Shown here piece after piece: positions 54,632 to 64,000 of a stretch of DNA of 64,000 nt. Source of the DNA: Eledone cirrhosa (lineage: Eukaryota); NCBI GenBank assembly GCA_964016885.1, contig OZ024742.1, positions 264,182,001 through 264,246,000 on the forward strand, in the 5' to 3' direction. Every line of letters begins with the position of its first letter. Within the stretch, counting starts at the first letter, position 1. The translations under genes and the position numbers were made by a program. The notes beneath the pieces are model-generated. The model was not told the DNA's origin. It saw only the letters and a program-made list of their open reading frames with translations, and made no database searches.

Positions 54632-55500
54632 AGCTGCCCATCATTGTTTCTAAATAGCTTAATATCATCCATATAAAGAAGGTGACTGTAGTACCTGTTG
54701 TCTATTTTATACCCATAGCCTGTCCTCCACAGTAACCGAATTAATGGAGCAAGTGACATACAGAACAGCAAAGGGGACAATGAGTCGCCTTGGAATATTC
54801 CATGTTTAATCTTGATCGGTTTAGATTCCAGTGGTCCGTTGTGGTGTTAAAGGACCATCGTAGTTTTCCAGTCTGTCATCATCACCTTCAGGAAAGTTGT
54901 GATCTCAGGTGCTATGTGATACATTTCTAGTGTCTTTATGATCCATGAATAAGGTATGCTGTCAAATGCCTTCTTGTAGTCTATCCAGGCCATTGACAGG
55001 ATTTACTTTTTCTGTTAGCAGTTTTCGGTTATGTGTCTATTTATCAGTAACTGATCTTTGCACCCATAACTCCCTCATTTACAGCGTTTTTGTTCAGGTG
55101 GCAATAGATCTCCACAGATGAGGTAATTATAGAACCTGTTGGTAATCACTGATGTGAGGATTTGTACATCGTTGGAAGACATGGAATTGGTCTGTAGTTT
55201 TGGGGATTTTCTATGTACTCATTCTTTGGTAGAATATACGTTATGCCAATTGTCATCCACTTTGGGACCTCTCTTGGGTTTGCTACAATACTGGAAAATT
55301 CAGCACCCAAAGCTTCATGGAGCACATCCAGATGTTTCAGCCAGAAATTCTGCACGCCATCTCTGCTTGGTGATTTCCAGTTTCCAACATTGCTGACAGC
55401 TATTTTTATTTCTTGTGAGGTGATCTTATTCCATTAATGGGTGCAAGCAGGGATTTCCAATTGTTCCAGCCATGTGGCATTGAAGTTGTGGTCTTAAGCT
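54632..55500 (-). mobile_element. R4/Dong-like RT fragment
   Basis: [53 protein letters not shown]. Confidence 0.9.
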
Positions 55501-55569
55501 TTTTTGCAGTTATTTGCCTCACAGTATTATCAATGTTATTATTATCAATGTTACTATTATCAATGTTAC

Positions 55570-56345
55570 CTGGCCTGGCAGTGCTACCGAGGAGCCTTGC
55601 CAGTTCGGGATAAACTCTACAGGCATGGAGGTGCCGTCAGCCGGGCATGTCCGAGATGCGCGCAGGGCGACAAAACCGTCCTGCACGCACTCGTCCAGTG
55701 TCCGAGAATTGATGACTTGTGGGTTTATGTCGAACACCTGCTGTCACGTGTAGGACGGATCCGGCTATCAGCTGAGTCCATCGTGAGGATTGCCCCACCC
55801 TCTTCCTTTAGCCGGGAAGGGCAGGCAGTTTTTATCTGTCTGGTGGCCATGGCGAAAGAGATAGTATGGTGGACACGTTTGAAAGGGCTGAAGACGAGCA
55901 CTTACCTCTTCGGTGATGCCCTGATTAACTTTTTCAAATTTCATTTGAAAAGGAAAATCAGGGTAGAGAGGGAAGTGCTCTCTTCCCAGCATTTTGTTGA
56001 AAGATGGGTGAGAGAAGCAAGAATGGCCCGAGTGAATGGGCCTACTCTGAGTATGTGTTTGTAAATTAAAGGTGGAAAACTGGGAGAGGGCATTTGCCCT
56101 GGTGGTCAGGGTCACTCCTGACACTCAGTACTCCACAAATGTCCCTGCGAAGTCTCCCCCCCTATTGGGGAATTTTTCATTGTTATTTTTTATTGCATCC
56201 TCTGTTTTTGTTTTTTACACGCATAAATGCCCATTTGTACCGTCCTGTATTGTCCTGTACTGTCACTAATGTATACTTTATGTAAACCCTTGTGGTTAAT
56301 AAAGAAAGTATTATTATCATTATTATTATTATTATTATTGTTATT
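55570..56345 (+). mobile_element. L1/Tx1-like 3' fragment (zinc-binding domain) with 3' UTR, AATAAA and (ATT)n tail
   Basis: LAWQCYRGALPVRDKL..CPRC..HALVQCP..W; homologous to 29434-30060. Confidence 0.85.
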
Positions 56346-58488
56346 ACTCTTTGAGTCACAGTCATTGATGTTAGTTAACTGGAAAGTTTGTTGAAATGAA
56401 TATCAAGCCACTACCTGCAGCCTCAGATATTCAGGACGTATCGGAGGGTTCTTGCTGTTCCCAGCAAGCATGCCTTTTGAAGCGTTCCAAAAAGCGTGAA
56501 GAAGCCAATTTTCTTTAACCATCCCTGGAATCTTTTTGAGATAGTCCCTAGTGCGCCTATGACAATCGGGACCACTTTGACTTCATGGCAGTTTCAAATC
56601 CTTTTTACCTCCCACTTTAAGTCCTGGTATCGGTTAATTTTCTCCCTCTCCTTCTCTTGCACTTTCGTGTCGAATGGGCAGGCCACATCCACAATCAGGC
56701 ACGATCTTTTTTCTTTGTCCACAACCACCAGGTCAGGTCTATTGTGTTCAAGTTTCTTGTCCGTCTGTATCCTAAAATCCCATAGCACCTTCACCTGATC
56801 GTTTTCTATCACCGCCTCTGGCTTATGCTCATACCACTTCTCAGAATGTGGTAAATTGTTTACTTTGCATAGGTGCCAGTGGATCACCCTGCCCATGACA
56901 TCATGTCTCCAGCCCTTATAGTGAGTCTGGGCTAGGTGTTTACACTCGGATACAATGTGAGCCACAGTCTCCTCTCTCTCTCCACAGATCCTGCAAAGTG
57001 GGCTAGCCTCCTCCTTGTAAATATGGTGTTTCAACCATTTCGTTTTGAGGGCCTGCTCCTGCGCAGCCATTAACATTCCTTCTGTAGCCTTTTTAAGGTC
57101 TCCTCTTTTCAACCAGTTCCATGTCTTTGGATCTCTAAATTCAGTTTTCTCAAAGAAGGTACTATGAATGGATTTTTTCTGAAGGCTGCTCTTTCTCCTT
57201 GATGTTATTTCCTCCTTGGACATCCCCTGGCCTATTGTCCCCTCCTTTAGTACAGTTCTGAGCATTGGCTCCTTACTATCAGTCACGTATTTGTGTAGGT
57301 TGTTTTTCTCCATCTGAACACAGTCCTCTATGCTGATAAGACCTCTTCCACCTTCAGATCTCCTTAAGTAGAGTCTATCGATATCACTCCTCTTGTGGAA
57401 CATGTAGATAGTCAATAGCTTCCTAGTCTTCCTATCCATTTCTTTTTGTTCAGCAACATTCCATCTCAGAATTCCAGCTCTGTACCTAATAATAGACACA
57501 GCTCGGGAATTTACTACTTATGGCATTCCATTCCTACTGTTCAGATGTGACTTTAATACGCTCCTTACTCTCCGAATGTATTCAGTTCTTATCAATTCCT
57601 TCATTTTTTTGTTCTTGATGTCATCAGCCTCCAGAACGCCCAAATACTTGTATCCTTCCCCAGAGTCAATTTCCTTTATCATCTCAGCTGTTGGTACCTG
57701 GATTCCGTTACTTCTGCTCAACTTACCCCTCTTCATCACAATGACTCCACACTTACTAATACCAAATTGCATACAGATATTATTGCTGAAAATACGGACA
57801 GTGTCAACAAGCACATCCAACTCCTTCTCACTCTTCCCGAAGAGCTTAAGATCGTCCATGAAGATGAGGTGATTGATGGTAAGCCCTCCCTTTCCCAACC
57901 TGTATCCTGCTCTCACTTTTCGCAGTACACTGGTCAGGGGCATCAGGGCAAGGACAAACAACAGAGGGGACAGACTATCACCCTGGAAGATACCTCTCTT
58001 GATCTTCACGCTTCCCAAGGATTCTCCAGTTGATGTTAACTCTGTTTCCCAGGACTTCATACTTTTGCCCAACAACTGTCTGATGTTATCTGCCACCTTG
58101 AAGATCTCCAGGCTTTTGGTGATCCAAGAATGAGGCACCATGTCAAATGCCTTTTTGTAGTCTATCCATCCCATGGCAAGACCAGTGTGTCTCCTCTTGC
58201 AATTCCTCATTACCATCTTATCAATAAGTAACTGGTCCTTTGTACCACGTGACTTCTTTCGGCATCCTTTCTGTTCGTCAGGTAACAAGTTGTTTGTGTG
58301 GAGGTGATAGTAGATTTCCTCAGACATCGGAAATCTACCATCACCTCCACACAAACAACTTGTTACCTGACGAACAGAAAGGATGCCGAAAGAAGTCACA
58401 TGGTACAAAGGACCAGTTACTTATTGATAAGATGGTATTGAGGAATTGCAATAGGAGACACACTGGTCTTGCCATGGGATGGATAGAC

Positions 58489-58490
<2 letters not shown>
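56345..58490 (-). mobile_element. Young R4/Dong-like element 3' half (RT, CCHC finger, RLE) with 5' fold-back
   Basis: ORFs 57518-58408 ([22 protein letters not shown]) and 56594-57499 (CRIC..HIVSEC, RPD..D..K); few disablements. Confidence 0.95.
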
Positions 58491-58542
<52 letters not shown>

Positions 58543-58599
58543 CATAGTTGCATTTATCTTGCTTTATGTTCATATGAGTTATCACCAAGTGACAACCAG

Positions 58600-60120
58600 T
58601 GACCTCAACAGAAAACAAGGTTTGCCATGTTCAAGAAAGAACATACATACACACATGCATCTTTAGGTGTTTAGACTTGTGATGTACTTATATTGACAGA
58701 ATCTTAGTATATGGGCAGTTCCCATTAGTACTATCTTTTGTATTTCTTCTATACGCGGATTTCCTGGGATTTGCGATAAGTAATCATTAGACCCCTTAGG
58801 TATCATTCCTAGAGCGCCTACAACCACTGGTATTGTTTTAGTTCTCAATTTCCACATTTTTCCAATTTCTGTCTCCAGGTCCTTATACTTGCTCAATTTT
58901 TCAAATGTTTTTATACATACATTCTTGTCTATTGGAACGGACATATCAATTAGCAGGCATACCCTTTTTTTAAAGTCCTTCAGTATTATATCAGGTCTAT
59001 TTGCATCTATTTTTCGGTCTGTTTGGATGGTAAAGTTCCACAAGATTGAGATGTGATCTTTTTCAAGTACGTGAGGTGGTTGATGCTCCCACCAATTCTT
59101 TTGATGGGGCAGGTTAACATGCTTACACATTATCCAATGTATGTATTGTGCTGCTCTGTCGTACCTGTTTAGGTATTCGGTTGGAGCTATAGGACTGCAC
59201 ATTGAAATTATATTATCAATGGTCTCTGGTTGTTTTGTACATACACGGCATAATGGGTTGCATCCATTTTTTATTATGTTGGCTTGGTAATTTTTTGCTG
59301 GCAGACTCTGATCTTGTGCTGATATAATCAGTCCTTCAGTCTCCGATTTCAGTCCAGAGGATGCCAACCACTGATGGGTTAAAGTTTTGTCAACATCAGG
59401 ATTGTTAGCTCGCTCCGGGTATTTTCCATACAGAGGATTTTCTTGCCATTTCTTAGCCAGTTTCTATAGCAGTTCTTTCTTTGCAGTTACTTTTACCTGC
59501 TTTGCTTTTTCTGTGTTTTTCATTTCAGCAGTAAATGGAACTTCTGAAATTTGTAGTTCATTACTGCATCTTTTGATGATTTCGAGTTTCAAAACGAGTT
59601 TGATCATCCAATCATGTGATTCCCTTAGATATGTAGATAATCCAATTGTTGCAGTTTTCAACGCAATGTCTAACTGGATTAACCCACATCCTCCTTCTTT
59701 CCTAGGGAAATATATTCTAGCTGTATCTGCCTTAGGGGGATGCATTCTGTGCATGGTGAATAATTTTCTAATTTTTGTATCGAGCTTACGGATCTCTGTG
59801 CTTGACGAGTTGATGGCATTGTAACTGTAGGTTACTACTGGTATGGCAAGCGTGTTTATGGCATCGATCCTGTTCGTTGCATTCAATTCCGTTCTTAAGG
59901 TTGTTCTTACTCTGCGATAACATTCCTTCCTTAGCCTTTCCCTCATTCTCGAGTGCTTGATTCCGTCTCCTTCACAAACACCTAGATATTTGTAAGTTTC
60001 CTCTTGATCAAGTTCTCTTATCACATTCCCCCGATCAAGATTAATGTCTGAACTTTTCAGCAGCTTTCCTCTAGTGAGCGTGGCTCTGGCGCATTTATCT
60101 AGTCCAAACTCCATTTTTCC
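58600..60120 (-). mobile_element. Second R4/Dong-like family, 3' fragment
   Basis: MEFGLDKCA, YKYLGV, CRVC, ANRPDII..IDMSVP..KYKDL. Confidence 0.9.
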
Positions 60121-60124
60121 ATTA

Positions 60125-60452
60125 TTTACATTTGCTGAAAGGTGGGTGAATGTGGCGAGAATGGCCCGTGTGAGTGGGCCTACTCTGCTCATGCGCCTGT
60201 AGGTGGGTAAATTTGAGGAGGAGAGGGGTGCCCTTCCAGGGTGCTCTCGAAGTGTCGGGTCGTTCAGGATTGGTGGGGTACCTGAGCGAACCCTGGGTGG
60301 TCATCCTCCCTATTGGGAATTTTTTCTTGTATTTTTCTTGTTACTTTGTTATTGTTATTCATATTGTTTACTCGATTTTTCTGTAAAATCCCACTGTCCC
60401 AGTCTTTTGTATTGTCCCCTATATGTCGGCCCTTGTGGCCAATAAATGAAAT
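60125..60452 (+). mobile_element. L1/Tx1-like 3' UTR fragment
   Basis: gaaaggtgggtgaatgtggcgagaatggcccgtgtg matches 56000-56045; ends ggccaataaa. Confidence 0.75.
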
Positions 60453-60679
60453 CATTATTATTATAATTATTATTCGGTGGATTCGCAGTATTGGTAGAGG
60501 GTCGGACGCCATGCTTTGCAGCAAAGAGTTACGGCCCTTTATGGTTTGAGTTCATATCCCGCCGAGGTTAACTTTGCCTTTCATCCTTACGGGGTTGATA
60601 AAATAAAGTACCAGTAATACACTGGGATAATTGCTGGCCTTGTACCAAAAGTAGAAACAATTAATATTATTATTACTTG

Positions 60680-61700
60680 TAACACTTTTGCTCTGGCAGA
60701 TGTTATACCAACACTATACCAAAAGAGTAAGTCATAGCCAATGGCCAAAGCCCTTTGGCTCATTCCTTCTCCTTCAACTTTCCATTCCCTTCTTAGAATT
60801 CTTGCTGTTCCTAGCAAGGCTGTTTTCTCCAACAATCCTGTCCCGGTAGTAATTCCTAGTTTCTCAAGCCATACATCTAACCTTTTACTAACTGCTCCCA
60901 CTGCGCCAATTACAATTGGTACCACTTCTATGTGTCTGATTCTCCGCAGTTTCCTGATTTTTCTCTTCGGTTCCTAGTATCTCACAACTTTTTCACTTTC
61001 TTTCTCGAATATCCACAATACATGCCTTGTTATTCTTGTCTCTACAACAACAATGTCTGGCTTTTTAGCCACGATAAAATGGTTGCACTAGGTGGTCATG
61101 TCCCACAAGATCTTATACTGTTCCTTTTCAGCCACCATTTCTGGTTGGTTTTCCTACTATTTCTCACTTCTGCTCATATCATACTTATAACAGAGCTTCC
61201 AATGAACCAATCTGGCAATGTTGTCGTGCCTTCTCTTGTACCCTTTCCGAGCAATCATCTTACATTAACTAATAATGTGGTTTATTATCTCACCTTTCAC
61301 ACGACACAGCCTACAAAATGGGGAATTCACTGACTTGTTAATATTGAACTTGATATAGTTCGTTCTCAGTGTCTGTTCCTGGGCTTCAAAACTAAGGGCC
61401 TCAGTTTCAACTTTTAAGCCACTTTTCCTAGTCCATTCCCAGTTCCTATCTTTGTCAAATGTCTCAAGCATTTCATGTACAAATTAATGATACATTTTTT
61501 CTCTCTTCCATCTATTCAATATGTCATTCTGTTTGACTTTAAATTCTCCTTTTTTCTTTGCTTCATCACTGTTTAGGATCTTTATCTTTCTTACTCCTGT
61601 CATCAATCTCTCATTTGAATTCTTTACATACCATGCCAGATTACTTGGTGGCATTTGTTTTCTTCTTGTGCAAGACTCTCATACCCACTTACCAAATGGG
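60680..61700 (-). mobile_element. Third R4/Dong-like 3' fragment (degraded)
   Basis: LKVETEA..AQEQTLRTN..CRLC; VPIVIGAVG..KTALLGTARILR. Confidence 0.85.
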
Positions 61701-62499
61701 TTACATTTTTAACATTCTTTCCACAGAGTCTACATTTCTGGGTTTCAGACGTTTTGTAGATGTTATACTTCACTAAATTGGTTACAAGGGCTTGATCTAG
61801 TGCTGCAATTATAAGACTTTCATTGGGTATGCCTCAAATCACTGCTTAAGCCATGTCCATGATGTTTTGTCCTTGATACCTGTGTATTTCTTTCAAACTA
61901 CCTGTGCAATCTCATTGTTTAAACACTTCCTTACCAACCATTTCATCTGCATTTATACCTATATCTTCTGCTACATATTGCAACACTCTTTATCACTGTT
62001 TACCAAATATTCTACTAGCATTATCCTTTCAATGCTTATACAATAACCTACACTGATGAGATCTGTACCACCATCTTTCTCTTCATGCGCAATTTGTTTA
62101 TATTTGCTTTGTCATTAACATTCTATCAAACTTTGTTATTCTTCAGTCCCCACCATAGACACACTACGTCTAATCACTGCAACTGGCTAGATATTCATTG
62201 CAGTGACTAAATTTCTCACATCCAAGTTGGATTTTAAAATCGTTTTTACTCTTTTAAAATATGTTTCTCACTTTTTCTTTCATTTCTGTATGTAAAATGT
62301 CATCCAGTTCTAAAAATCGCCGAATACATGTATCCACTTTCTTCTGGTTCCCCCGCCGTTTCTCCCAATGACAGCCCTAATCCACTTCATGCTGTTTTGT
62401 TCCCTCTTTTCATATTGTGCACAGTTTGGAGATCCCAAATTTCATACTGATGTCACCGCTTAGTATCTGGTCTGTTTTAACATAAGAACCTATCTAGTT

Positions 62500-63800
62500 T
62501 CTGGACTTCCCAGTTTCATGTCATCCAGGTTTATGAATGTTCATTTCTTTCAACATTGGCAACCCCCTTTAACTTTCCTAAGTACCAGTACTATAGGTAT
62601 AAGGGCAATGAAAAATAGCAATGGAGAAAATTAGTCACCTTGGAAGACATTCCTTTTAATTTCTATTTCTCCAAGGAATACATTGCTCAAGTACAACTTA
62701 GTCTTTCAAGCTACCATACTATTCAGAAAAACATTTATGATGCTGTCAGCAATACCAAACATCTGCAAACCTTAAATAAGCTAAGAATGAGGCACCATAT
62801 CATAAGCTTCCTTAAAGTCAATCCAGGCCATAGATATATTGGTATGGCATGTTTTGAAATGTTTCAAAATTATTTTATCGATCACAAGCTAATCTTTGGT
62901 ACTCTGAGATCTTCTCCTACATTCTTTTTGTTCCTTTGGTAACGTTCCTTCCTGTAAAAGAAAGATATATGCCTTCTCTGCAAATATTCCAGTAAGTACT
63001 TTCCATATTATGTTCAGGCATGCTATAGAACAGTAGTTTCCCACAGCATTCCTCTTTACTGCTATTCTTTATTTTAAGAGTTGTTCTTCCCATTACCATT
63101 CAATAGGGAACTACACCTTTCTGGACATATTCATTCAACTGCATTGCATCTCTTCAACCAAAAGCCATGGATCCTATCTGGACTGAAAGCTTTCTAGTGT
63201 GGTACCTTGGCCACTTGATCCTTCACATCAACTGTGATTATGGTAATGTCTGTTTCTTCCTCAGAACACAGTTTTGATGGGTTTTATCCACTCAGCAGCC
63301 CATCTTTGTATCAAAGTGTTTCCCTATATCCCATTCCAGAACTCCTTGACCTAATTAGTATTAGGAAAAACATCCTTCCCATTGTTTCCTTCCAAAGTTC
63401 AGAAGAATTGTTTTAGATTAATTTGGACCAATCTATTTCCCTCAAACTACTTATTTCTGTTCACGTATCTTCTTATCTTCTTCTTTTTCACCAAACTCCT
63501 GTTTTAATTGTTCCATTACTGCATAAAACCCATTCTTCCCTATTTTATTCTTGAAGTCTAATGTTTCTCGATCGTTCATTTTTCCATTTTTCCATTTTCT
63601 CTAAACCATTGCTCGATTTCACTTAGATATCGCCTTAACCGGATTATGTCATTTGTAATGCAGCGTTTCCATCATCTTTCTTTCGCCTTACTGTGTTTGT
63701 TTTCCTTACTTGTAATTTTCCCTCAACAAGTCGTGCAATAGCTCAGGTAAAGTACTTTGTTTGCGTTATGTCCTTTGTGACTATTTATCAAGATTAACTT
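62500..63800 (-). mobile_element. Highly degraded R4/Dong-like N-terminal/RT fragment
   Basis: Relics of GRTTL..K, QRNKKNVGE/RGTKD-L-IDK and WKRCITNDIIRLRRYLSEIEQW. Confidence 0.65.
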
Positions 63801-64000
63801 TAATGTTGCTTTGAGACGATTATTTTAGGGAATACCGGGCTACAACTAGGGTAACTCCAGCGCTTTTTCATATCATTCCTTGTCATTTCACTATTGCTGG
63901 TAGTTCAGAACCTTTCTCAATATTCAGGCAGTTACTAGTAGACATGACTTCTAGAGCGGTTCAATTCCTTGTGCAAAGTTTATTTTCGACACACACATAG

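Overview
AT-rich, microsatellite-dense eukaryotic DNA made almost entirely of repeats. The repeat content (tRNA-derived SINE families, (TA)n/(TATG)n/(GA)n arrays, RTE, R4/Dong, CRE and L1/Tx1 LINE relics) suggests an invertebrate, probably an octopus-type cephalopod; this is an inference. I found no intact protein-coding gene. The long 'YIYI' ORFs are microsatellite artefacts, and the other ORFs are decayed transposon proteins: a Gypsy gag-pol relic, a mariner transposase, Helitron Rep and Pif1-helicase relics, and several non-LTR RT/endonuclease fragments. The strongest unexplained signal is RNA-structural. Several short, mutually unrelated inserts, mostly in or next to (TA)n tracts, carry minimal type-I hammerhead ribozyme motifs (CUGAnGA-stem II-GAAA-stem III-NUH). 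One is textbook-perfect (19562-19605), and one pair sits in a 449-bp near-perfect palindrome. Several inserts are fold-back inverted duplications, as in Penelope-like element termini and retrozymes. Also notable are a structured 5' leader shared by two different non-LTR clades, a possible Helitron split over about 10 kb, and a speculative minus-strand exon encoding a Cys-bridged peptide after a dibasic site. All folding and alignment was done by eye, so coordinates of degraded relics are approximate.
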